Assembly (NCBI GenBank): GCA_013239625.1
Contig: MU056134.1
Coordinates: forward strand, 3,422,477 to 3,486,476
Length of the DNA stretch: 64,000 bases
Reading direction: 5' to 3'
Source of the DNA: Lama guanicoe
Taxonomy: Eukaryota
Under the pieces are notes generated by a model. It searched no databases. It was not told where the DNA came from and saw nothing but the letters and a program-made list of their open reading frames with translations. Within the stretch, counting starts at the first letter, position 1. Each line of letters begins with the position of its first letter. Below are positions 22,001 through 34,000 of this stretch, piece after piece. The translations under genes were made by a program, and so were the position numbers.

Positions 22001-25000
22001 CTCTGGGCTGGGTCCCCTTGGGACACCAAGGCCAGCCTGTCATTGGGACAGACCACAGGCGTGAGAGGCATGGAAGGGCTGACAGCAGCGCTGCCAAGAG
22101 CCTGCCTCTCCCGCCCTTGGGAAGGGTACTGGAGGAGTCTGTCAACGTGGCCACTCGCTCGAAACTCATAGAGGGGCCGGGCGGAGTTGGGGGGTGGGGG
22201 CAGGGCCTGTATCCCGACTCAGGCTCAGCAGCTGCCTTGGGGGAGACCAAGCTCAGACTCCGTAAACTCACCCTGTCCTCCCAGAGGTTGGCCCTCACCA
22301 GGAGGCCAAGCAAGCTCTGCCCCACCAGCCCTCACCCCGCAGGGTTAGCACCCTCTTCAGACCAGCCAGCCCGGGATGAGGCCGCTTGGCCTCAGCTTGC
22401 CTCCCCTCCCCTCCCCTCAGAAATCTGAAGTTCCCCAAGGCCCACATATGGAAAGGGTTTGGCGGCTCTGAATGAGGCTTTTATTGAAGCCAGGTTAGCC
22501 CGCAGCACCCACTGTGACCTGGCTTCCCAAAGCTCCGCATTCCAGGGCTTGGCCTGCCCCGCGCCTGCCACACTTTCAGCCCCTGGGCCGGCACAGCTGT
22601 GGACAGAACTCAGAGCCCCAGCCCTGTCTTCCTCAGAGCTGGCCCGCCCTCCCCGCCTGCCCTGCCGGAGGCTCCAGCCCAGATCCAGGCCGCACACCAA
22701 CAGCGGGAAGTGGCCCCGCCCCGGCTCAGGGCCACCGGCTAAGGAGGGCAGGGTCACTCTCGGGGAAAGGAACTGGTCAGGGCCAAAGCAACACAGAGGC
22801 AGCCCCGTCCCCAAAGGGAAGGGGCCACCTCAGGGGTCAAAGGCCCAAACGAGAGGCTACTCAGCGTACTGACTGGGAAGTTTCATGCTGCCACCAGTGA
22901 AGGGCCAAGGGCCTTTGGACTGCCGGCGGCTAGGCGGCCTCCCCCTGGACTTGGAGTGGTTTGGTAAGAATGATGAAAGTCCCTCTCTGAAGCTGACTTC
23001 ATCCTCCCTTCCTAGGCCAGGAGCAATGTCTGGGCACAGGGCCTGCTGGTGAGAATGAGGCACAGCAGCCCTGCTGCCTGCGTCTGCTCAGAGGGGCCTC
23101 TTGGTGGACTCTTCCCAGGCCCCCCATGCCATGTTCTCACGTTTGCTGCACATCCTTGAAAGTACCTGGCAGGCCCACTTCTATGCATGGCTTGCTCGGC
23201 CAGATATCACACGCAACACAGCAACTGAGCAGGAACCCCACCCCCAGCAGCTCCCCATCCTGGGCACGCAGGACCCCATTGGGGCTCCATGACCACTCAG
23301 ACGACTGAGAAACAGCCATAGACCTGAGCAGGCCCTGGGGGGCCTCCTCCGCAGGGTGACATGACAGCCAAGAGCCGGGCTGCCTGGGTTTGAGCACTGC
23401 CTGCACTAAGCCATTCAGGTGACCTCATCTGTGTTGCTCCGTGAGCCCAACAATACCTCGTGGGTTATCACCTAACCCACGTCGGGGACTAAGAATGATG
23501 CCTGGTACTCGGCACATGCTCAAAACATGTGTCACTAAACCTGGGCTTAAACTCCCCAGTGGCTCCCCACTGCACTCAGATTACAGGCCAAACTCCTTGC
23601 CATGGCCTGCAAGGCCACTGCCCACCTGTCCAAGGTCATTTCCTATGCCTCTTGCGGCCTCTGTTTGCCTCTGAACACGCCATGGTTGCCCCAGCTGCAG
23701 GGTTTTCACCTCTGTCTGGAATGTACTGTCCCCAGACCTTTCAAGAATCCTTCTTGTCATTTAATCCTAGTTCAAAATTATCTCTTCAAGCGAGGCCTCT
23801 CGCTTCAGCTTTACTCTCTAATCCGCTATCCAGTTTTATCTTCCTCGCAGTCCTTGTCCAGAATGAGATGATCTTATTTATGGCCTGACTCCTCCTATAG
23901 ACAGAAAGCTCCATGAGAGCAAGGCCTCTCTGCCTGGGCCACCTCTGGAGTACCCAGCACGTGAAGATGCCCCATCAGTCCTCAGAGACCAAATGAATGA
24001 ACTGAGACGTGGGAGACAGAGAAAGCAATGCCTTTTGGCCAGGGCTCCGTGCGGACGGGGTCCAGATGCCCCATATTCCTGTTCACCTCTCTTCTGTGTT
24101 CAGTGAATGGCTGGCCATGGCCCAGGGGCAGCCCTGTGACCTCTCTTGCCCAGACTTTCCCAGCGTGTTGAGAGTTTAAGGCTTAGGCATAGGAATCTTG
24201 AGACATGGCCAAAATCATCATATGAACTGGATCGAGAAGATCATCCTGTTCAGCTCCTTCATTATACTGATGCCAGAGAACCAGAGAGGTGAAGAGATCT
24301 GCCCAAGGTCACAGAGCAAATTTAGACAGAAGACACAAGATTAGAAAAGTGAGGCCTCTGGACTCCTACCAGCCCAGTGCCCTTCCTTCCCTGGCGTCCC
24401 ATGCTGCAGCAGACTGAGGGTTGGGGGTGCTCCAAGGAGGAGGCCAGAGCACAGAGGGGGCATCTGAAGGGAAGAGGAGCTGTGACTGCTGCTGCTCTGG
24501 TTGTGCCCAGTGAGGCACCAACCCTGGCTGGTGTCACTGGCCAGGACAGAGATGCTTCCAGCTTCTGGCTCAGCCGTAAGTTCCACTCTCTCAGCCTAAG
24601 CAGAACTGGGGAAATCACTGTGGGGTTACAGGCCCTCTCAGCCTCTCTGCAGAAGTTTCCCACCAGCTGCTCCCACCTCTCCAGGCACACTGTGGGGGAC
24701 CAAGGACAATGGAGCCTTAGTCTGAGGCTCACTGGGATCTGGACTAACTCCGGCTTTCTCCTGGGGATTGGGCAAACAGGTTCCAGGCACAGGGGATGTG
24801 TGTTCTTTCGGGTGCCAGGGAGCTGTCAGAATACAAACACCCTTCCAACTCCCAGCATGCTTGATAGGGAAAAGGAAGCCAAAACAGCACCTGCTGACCA
24901 GCTCCCAACAATATGGGCAGTCGGCAAGGCCATTCAGCACATGGCTAGAGCTTTCCAGACCTGTACACCCTGACCAGCACCTGACAACTCCCCCAAACCA

Positions 25001-28000
25001 ATACCTACAGAAGCTTCTGGGCTCTTTTCAAAATGTCTGCCTTCCTGGGACCTCACTGCCTCTGGATAGTCCTGCCCCACTGGGCTCGGATGGCTCTGGC
25101 CTCCCGAGAGTCACCTTGGTTGGCAGTCTCAGCTCCCCTTGGTCTGGGGCCATCCAAAAGCCAGGGCACCAAGCCCATCAGGGTTGCCTGGCCAAGCCAC
25201 CTATGGACCTCAGAGATGCTGGAGAGGCCTGGGGTGCCTTCTACCTCCCAGGCACCAAGAAACAGCAGCATGCCAAGTTCACTTAGAGCAGGGGTTCCTA
25301 CCTTGGGATCTGAGACCCTCTCTGAAATAGCAATGTGGGCACAAGGGCGGCTCCGGGTCTGGGTAGGTCTCCATAACCTGCATCAGATTCTCAGGGTTGA
25401 GGACTCCACTCTGTGCAATCACACAGGCCTCTCAGGAGCCAGCTTTGTGGAGAAGCAGGAGCACTGGGTGTCAGGAGACCAGGCATGTGGCCCCAGGAGT
25501 AAGGTCCTCTCACTCTAGAAGCATAATGGCTGCAGGAATGCAGGGAGGTCACACCACTTCCCCTTCCAACTCTCCAAGTCTGGTCACTGGCCCACACAGA
25601 GGCCCAGGAGGAAATGGGCTGACTGTGGGGGTCTCCAGCCCTAGGAAGGGGTGCTACCTCCCTTTCTGACAGCTGAGGGATCATATTGGGGTGTGAATGG
25701 GTGTGCAAATGGTGAGGACAGGATGCAACTCCCTCCCCACCAGCAAATAAGGTAGAAGGGGGGCAGGGCAGGGGGAAAAGGGGCAGGGCAGAGCTGTAGG
25801 CAGGCAGGACAGGATAGATGTCTATTGCATAAGGTTTCAAGATCTTTCCTGATGCTCAGAGTCAGATTATGAGCCCAAGACATCTCTTTATCTTATATCC
25901 CAGTGGCCTTGTACCTTCAACGCCTGGAACAGCTAGTGAATGGTTGACTGAGCCTTGGGGATGTGCACACGATCTGCATATCTAGTGCTACCTGTTAGGG
26001 AGAACTATCAAGTTAAAAGACAGACTCTGGGAGGGGCAAGGAGCTGTCCTGTGGTTACAATCAAGATGACAAAGAAAGGGACCCTCCTGAACCCTAAGGT
26101 TCCCCAGACGAGTGGCCTATAGAGGGCTTCCCATCCTATTCTTCCTTGGGTAGCACGTCTGACCTTCCTTGGAGGTAGAGGGGCACAAACCCCATCACAG
26201 AGCAGGTGGGCTTGTTCTGGGACTCAGCAAGAAACATCTTGGTTGAACTTGTCAGCCTCTGGCTTCTAGAGAGAAGCTCTTTGGAGGTGGGGAATCTCAG
26301 ACTAACCGCTCGAAGCAGAGATTAAGTCTGGAGGAACCATCCTTAACTCCCGCCCACTCTCCTGGACCCTGCCAGTTCAGCCTGAGTCTCCGCTCTGGCC
26401 AGGATCTGGCCTGGTCTAGGTGGGACGTTCTCACCTTGGCTGCAGGGCGACAGCAGGGGCATGGACTCCCCTCATCCCCTGCCTGAGACAAATGCTTCTG
26501 GCCTGGCCTCTGCCTCCCTGGGGCACACTCCTAGCCTCTCTGGCTCCCACAAGTGACCCCCATTAAAACCTTTTGACACCTTGTGTGTGAGGGGTGAGGA
26601 TGGGATTCCTCTTTCAGCCCCTCTCCCTCCAAAGTGCAACTTAAGGATCTAGAAACAGGCAGGATGAGAGGAAGAGCAGGCAGCGAGGCTGGTCTCCTTG
26701 AGTATGATTTAAAGTCAAAAAAAAAAAAAAGGGAAGGAAAGAAGAAATGTGAAGTTAAACGCTAAGAGCACTGGCAGAGCCCACAAACTCAAATGCCACG
26801 TGTCTCCTCTGCTAAGTGCTTGCACAACAATCTGACTGCCAAGTCAGAGGCTGGACTGAGGCTACAGCCCCAGGACTCTCCTTGGGGACAAGCACAACCC
26901 CAACCACAGCCCCCGACCAAGGACCCAAAGAGAGGCTGCGAGTGGTCCTTGTCTCTGCTTTTCCAGCAACTGTAGACCCCTACTGCCGGAGGCTCCACAG
27001 GTTAATACTGGGCTTTTTCCATCCAAATAGATTCTTCAGCCCCAGCACGGTGTCCCCAGATGAGTCACATACACCCTTCTCCAGCCTTTCATGAATCTTT
27101 AGTAAACTGGGAGCAGGAGGGCCACAGGTGTCTCGGGATTTGATCCACAGCATCAAATCCTTGCGGCAAAGTTAAATGAGGAGTTAATGAAGGCAACCCC
27201 TCCTGCCATGCTGGCCAGTACCTGGCACCCTTCCCCCACTCACCTAAGCTGCAGCCTGATCCCAGCCCCCTCTCCTGGCAGTGAGCCTGCTGCACTGAAC
27301 AAAATAGGTTAATGCAGCTGGGGAAAGAAGGGAGGTGGGCAGCTGGCCTGGCTCTACAAGTCTGCCTGCTCACCCACCAGCCCGGTCACAGCGAGGCAGG
27401 CACAGCAGGGTGAATGGCTGTCCCTCAGTCACCCACGGTGCAGACCCTTGTGTCTTTGACACCTACATACTTGGTCACACAGCAGGGGCTCGGGGACTGA
27501 ATCACCCGCCATACAGAACATCCCAGCTCTAGAGCCACCCTGCAGTTGCACTGACGCCAACCAGCTCAGCAGCCCAGCGCCTGGCTGGCCCGCCACCCTT
27601 GCCCAGAGCGCACCATCAGACATGGAGCTGTCAGATAATACACAAGAGGCAAAGCCAGCTGAAGAATTCCTGAAGTGGCTTCTTAGTTTCGCTAGTCACT
27701 AACGCACAGCAAGAAGTAAAAGTCTGGGCTTTCAGGGTTTAAAAACTACCTCCTACCTGCCAGGCCCCTGCCCAAAGGGGCAGGTAAACCAGAAGGATTC
27801 TGGCTGGCACAGGGCCAGGAACCTGCTGGGTCCCTTTCTTGCCAGCCTCCAGGTCTGGAAGTGGACAATGAGCCTTGGGTTGGTGTCTGCTGGCCTCAGC
27901 AGTGGCTAGGAGGGGCTACAGGCAGGGGATGGCTCCATGCTGCCGGGCACAGACAGCTGCCTCAGCACAGAGGGGCTCTGATAGCAGCTGAGGCCAGCAG

Positions 28001-31000
28001 GGCTCTGCTAGCCTGGTCCCTGGAGAGGTGGAAGGTGACACAGGGGCCAACACAGGACAGCTCAAGTTGCTGCCCTGTCTGGCACTTTCCAGGACTGATG
28101 TCACCTCTGGGAGGTCAAGTATGCCCCACTGGCAGGGGATGAAACTAGACAAGGAGCCAATGGGCCCAAGATCATTTCCTCTTCGCAGGTGCCAGGAGCC
28201 TCTGTGCTGGCTGGCAGCAAGGACCTGCGCAGAGGGTCTCCCTCTGAGCCACGGAGGGCTTACAAATCCCCATCAGCCACACAGACTAGCCACAGCCTTC
28301 CTTATCACTACCTTGAAGGATGAGCATGGCCCTGGCTAGCCAGGACAGCACCCTGTGACATTTTGCTTTGGCAGTTCATTTGGTCTACAGTTATCAAGTG
28401 CTTACTGTGTCCTGGGCACTAGTCTGGCTGTTCCTTGGATGCCCGATGCCAGGACTCATAGCCAGCCCTGGGGCAGCCTGCCCAGCTGCAGGACAGTCAG
28501 CTTCTATCTCAGATTTTCATCCCCACCCAGGTCTGGGGCAGCAGGCAGGATGGGCAGTCTGCCCTGGCACAGCTTGGTCTGAGCTGCCCGCTGGGTCAGG
28601 AAACCCCTGGCACACTGATTGAGTTGCCTGGTGCCTGGCTGGCACCGGGCCAGCAGTCCTCTGGGTGGTCCCTGAAGAGGCAGCCTATAGCCCCCAGACT
28701 CAGCAGCATGACGACCTCCCCACAACCCTCCCCTTCTTCCCTGCTGGAGAATGATGCCCACAATCCTGCACAAAGGAACCCCACAAGGCTGGTGGTGCTG
28801 AGGTGCTCCTGCTGGTGCCCCCCAGCAAAGGGGCAGCCAACAATGTCCGCTGGACGCAGTGGGTGGGGCCTGGGCTGGGCGCTGCGGGGGAAACTGAGAC
28901 CCAGGAGCCCCTGGCCTGGTCTGTTCCTATTTCTGTCCATAGAGACGCAAAAAGGAGCCAGGCAGTCCTTTATCACGGGAGACCCCCTTCTCCTTTTCTT
29001 CAGACAGGGACAGATGCAGAGAAAGCAGCCCGGGTTTGGGATGGGGGTAGCAAAAGCATTAATCAGAAAATTAAGGCCACTTAGAGCCGACCTACAGCAT
29101 ACCTCAGATTCTGTCCAGTCAGGCAGGAGGCGCAGTGAGCTCCAAAAAAGGGGTGCCGAGCGGCGCAGCACCCCCCTCCCCAGCCCAACTCCCTCTAGTC
29201 CACCCGCTCCGACCCACTCCGGCCCCTCAGGCACCTTCTGGCGGAGGAGCTTGCTGCGCACGCGGCCCCAGAGCCGGGCGCCGGTGTTGGGGGGCCGCTT
29301 GCTCCCCGGCTCCTCCAGCGGATCCAGGCAGCAGCGCTCCAGGGGCTCGCACACCGCCGTCAGGCTGCAGTCCGGCTGAGGCAGGACGTCGGTCATGCTG
29401 GCGGCGGCAGAGCCCGGCCCGACGGCGACCCTGCCTGCGGGCCCGCTCAGCTCCGGGACGGGACGCAGGAGAGGCGCGGGCCTCCGGGGTCCGGAGCCGG
29501 CTGGCAGGGAGGGAGGGAGCGGGGGCAGCCTCAGCCGAGTCGAGTCGCCGGGGCTGTTACTCGAGCCGGGCAGGGGAGCGCATGGTGCGGGGCTCGGCTT
29601 TTTCCTCCCTCCGCTGGAGCAGCACCAGCGGACGGCTGGTCCCGGCCAGGCTAGCGGGACACGGCCCTGCGCGCCGCACACCAACCGCCGAGGCCGCCGG
29701 GGAGCCCCCGCCCCCACCGGAGGAAGTGACTCAAAGGAGGCGCTGGAGGCTGCCCCCTCCAAAACACCCAACCTCCGGGTTTTAACTCTTGGCGGCCGGG
29801 CCTCCTCCTCCTCAGGCACCCTGCGGCCCTCCCTCCAGCCCCTACTAAATGAAGTTTGACAAGCAGCTCAACTGGCCAGTTCCTTCCCCCTCTACAGCGC
29901 GGGTTAACCCCTTCCCCACCAGGCGGCTCCTGGGGGCTGGGGTGTCTGAGGGAGGCTGGGGGGAGCCAGAAGGGGTCTGCAGGGGCCAGGGCTCAGGGGC
30001 AGGAGTTGCGTTTCCATCACCAATAGCTGCCCTTGTCCGGAGCAGAGGACCCACACTGCCCTGGAGTCCCGCTTCCCCTACACCCAACACCTGCCCCAAA
30101 CGCCTCCCTCAATGCCAGCTCAGTGATGGCTCAGTCTGACGGGGCCAGACTCGTGGGTTGGCACTCAAAAACCTCCTCCTGTGCAAAGAATAAAGAAGAT
30201 CCCCAGCAGGGCAGCCCCCTGGGCTTCCATGGCCCCAGAGGGAATCAGCTACCAAGAGCTTTCTCCCTGGACAAGAGCAAAAGCCAAGGACGACACTGGT
30301 TACAGATGCCCAAAAAGAAGTCCTCCTCCCACCACGCTTTTAACTGTGGCCCTGTGCCCCTCACCAGAAAAGGCTGTGCTGCTGGGGCACAGGACGTCCA
30401 CTGGCAAAGAGGCAATCAGCCAACTCTGTGCTGGGTGCCCTGGGATAGAGGAGTAAGACCTTGTTCTTGACCCACAAGTTGATAAAAGTTTTAGCCCGAG
30501 TCAGAAATTAATCATCTCCTAATGTAACGATACACATCAGAATCTGGTGTTTGGAGAACAGAGAAAGGCCTAAAGCCCAGATGGTTAGGGTCCCCACATC
30601 CCAGAGGTGTCCAGGGCATCACACCCTGCAGAGCTTGGCACAGGGGAGGAAGGCAACCAGTATTTTCCCAGTGTGAACCATGAGCCAGGTCCCAGGCAAA
30701 GGGCATTCAAATATCCACTTGCACTGAAGCCCCTTGACTTACGTGATGTTGGTGTTATTGTCCCCAGTTTAGAGTTGTGAGACTAGGGCTCAGGGAGGTG
30801 AAATTCTCACCTGAGGTCATGGAATTGCAGCTGGCTAGTGACAGGTCTCCTAAGGCCCTGTGCTCACAACCACTGGTCTCACTGAAGTGTGGCTGGTTCT
30901 CTGGATTCAGGAAAAGGAGCTGGGTCAGGACCCCAGGGCAGAAGAGTCAGGGCCCAAAAGCAGCCTTTGGCACCTGGAATGCTCCTGCTGGATCTCAACC

Positions 31001-34000
31001 GGCATGCAGGTCTTGGGGTTTAACACCAGAACACTCGGTGCTTTTAGAGAAAGGCGTGGCTTCACTGCAGAGGTAGCCAAGACCTGGTCACAGCAAGAGG
31101 TGCCCTTCCCCAAGTTTACTAGGCGACAGACACCATGTTAACCCTCCACGTGGAGTAATTCACTGCTCCCCCAATCTTGGCAAGTATGTCCCGGCATCCC
31201 CATTTGAAGAAACTAAGGGTACAGAGAAGCTAAGCCACTTGCCCAAGACCAGGCAGGGCTGGGCCACGAACAGAGAGATCTGGCCCTGTCCTCGACACCG
31301 TGATATCCCGGGGTGGTGGGGTCTGGTGCTGTGCTGCCTTCTGCCTGGCTGGTGGAGGCAGGGCCCCAGAACTCTGCTAGGCTCTGTGGTCCCTGCAGGG
31401 CAGCCAGGCCAGCCCCACCTCTTCCAGGGCTCCACGCTCCACACCCGCTTCTGCACAGTGCAGGCAGGGCTGGACTGCCAGGGCTGCACAAAGCCCCCTC
31501 ACACCTGAGCCAAAGTTGCCCAAAGCCAAGGCAGCTAAATGAGGCGGAGTCACAACAGCTTTCCCAGTCCCCTGAGTGGGAGGGGAAGAGACCACCGTGG
31601 CAGGGACATGCCTGTGTTCCCCCTCCAGTGGGGACCTGAGTCCCCTTCCTGACCCACCCCTTACCTGCTCTCCCAAGGCACCTGGGTGCTGCCTCTGCAA
31701 AGAGGCTTCCTCCAGCCCCATGAGGGGCCGGCAGCTTCCTCCCCACCGACTGCACAAAACCCATCTCCTCCAGGAAGGTTCCACTCATTCCTGCGGTCTC
31801 CACCTCCTCATTCGAGTCACTTCATTGAAGAGCCACTGACTGAGGGCCTGGCTCTCAGCTCAACCCCAGACAGGGGCTGAGGAATCACAAAGATGCATCA
31901 AAAGCCTGTGCTCGACAGAGCTGACAGCCTGAGAGAGGAGAAAAGATGAAGGCTTAAACACCCCTTAACAGAAGGCAGAAGAGCCTTCAGGCGTTTGGCA
32001 AATACGAATTGTGCACCTACCATGCATCACCCCTAGATGGACAAAGCATCGTCTTTGCCCTCAAGAAATCCAGTCCTAGGCTGCAAGAACAGCACAGATC
32101 AAGTGCCATGAAAGTTAAGAGAAAAGAGAGGAAACTTCTAGCCAGAGGGAATCAGGGAAGGCTTCTTGGAGAAGGAAGGGTTAGTGTGGGTCTGAAGAGC
32201 TGTGGAAAAAAGCCACCCTCCCCAGCTTTGCTCCATATCCCTCAGCTAATGTGCAAGTGCTGGTTGTGTAACTGGCTGGTAAGGTGCCGTTATAATTGCT
32301 GACCACGTTCACCTGCTGCAGACACATGGTCTGTGCTTGGCACTGCCAGCTGTTAACTTCAGAACTGGCCCCTTGCTGATTTTCTAAGGTTCTCTGTCCT
32401 CTATCTGGGTCATATGCCACAGGGCGCAGTTTGGGAGATGCTGTGCAAGATGCATCCCTCCACTGGACATGTGAGAGAAGGGGGGCAATGCAGATCCTGT
32501 TCCCAAAGCCCTACCCTTGTCTGTCTGAGGAACCCCAGGTTCAACACTTGTCTGGGTAAAGCAAGCTCTGATTGGATGAAAGATGGCCAACTGGTCTCCA
32601 TGGTGACATAAGCGCCTTAGCAGATGGGGAGCTGCTGGGAGGCTCTTCCCTTGAGATGCTCATCTTTTCTTCCTCCCTTGGGCTGGGGGCTCTCTCTGGG
32701 GACAGCACAGATTTGCCTTCTCGTCCTCAAGCCTGACTCACTCCTTCCTGGAAGCAGTGGTCTAGAAGCAGGCTGTGGCAGCGGGGAGGGATACAAGACA
32801 AGTGTTCCTATCAAGTTCCTCAAAAGCAGCAGTCTGAGTTCTCATCCCTCCATCCCACCACAGACCCTTCCTGGGCCTCGCTGAGTTAGCTAGGCTCAGG
32901 CTGTCCCAGTCACCTAGGAAGTGACCACACTCCCTCCTCTCTGTCTATCCTGCCACACCTGGCAGAACTGGCCTCTGAGGACATGCAAGGGCCCCCTGTC
33001 TGGATAAACAGAGCCTGGGCGGGAAGGCCCACATGAACAGATGTCACTGACTTTGGAATTAAAAACATTCCTAGTAGACTGTTCCATCCTCCCAAATCCC
33101 CTCCCCATGCTCTCTGCCAGAGGAATGAAAAGGGCCATCCCTAGGGAGATGCAGGACTGGGCCTTGGGTTATACTGAGGGAGGGGTAGGTACCCGGGGTG
33201 GCTGGGACCAGCCACCCAGCACAGCTGTGAATGAGGCAGAATCAGACTACAGTGATTAGCAGTGTATCACTGAAGAAAAAAAATGGTCAACAGGGAATAT
33301 ATACAGCCTGAGCTGTGTGGGCGGGAGAGGCAGGGACTGCCACCAGAGCTGCCCTGGTGACAACTGGGAGTGGAGACGGCTCCCAGGCAAATCCTCCAGC
33401 CTGTGAACACAGGAGGAAAGTTCTTTCTCAGACCCTTGGGATGCTGCTGCTACTTCTCTGGAGTGACCTCCTTTTCCCACTGGAACGACTTTCATCTTCC
33501 CCTCAGCCCAAACTAGAACCTGGATCCTTTGTCCCTGTCGGCCAAATGACTCTAGAGCAGGAAAGGGGGTTTCCGAGCAGCCAGCTAGACCAAGGCCACA
33601 GGTACCCCAGCGAGGACAGCCTGGGAGTGAGGGGGAGGGGAGAGCCCCCACGGGCCACCCCGAGAGTCTGGGTGCTGGAGCCTGAGGAGCCCAGGGTGGC
33701 ACTGAGGGCGAGGACCAGGAGAGACATGGTTGGGGTCCGCCAATAACCCACCTTTGCAGCCCCAGAGGAGGGCAGCGTGGATGGGTCCTGCATAGGACGG
33801 GACCAGAGCCGGGAGGAGGATGGTGGTGGAGGGCAGGTGGGGTGTGAGAGCTGCAGAAAGGAAGCCCACAGCGGTCCCTGCCCAGAGACAGGCACTGGAG
33901 TCCCGGGGGGAGAGAACCAGCAGGGCAGACAATGCCCAGGAGCTGGGGCCTACGCAGAGGGTGTGCGAGTTGGCGGGGAGGGTGGCCGATTATAGGGGAA

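Noticed and set aside
29619-29640. REST/RE1-like sequence CAGCACCAGCGGACGG
   Set aside because: Half-site spacing is 3 nt rather than 2 and the right half is mismatched
28596-29819. 407-aa ORF on -, plus overlapping 216- and 251-aa ORFs on +
   Set aside because: Only 29235-29396 looks like ABR coding sequence; the rest starts at GTG or TTG and reflects stop-codon scarcity in a CpG island
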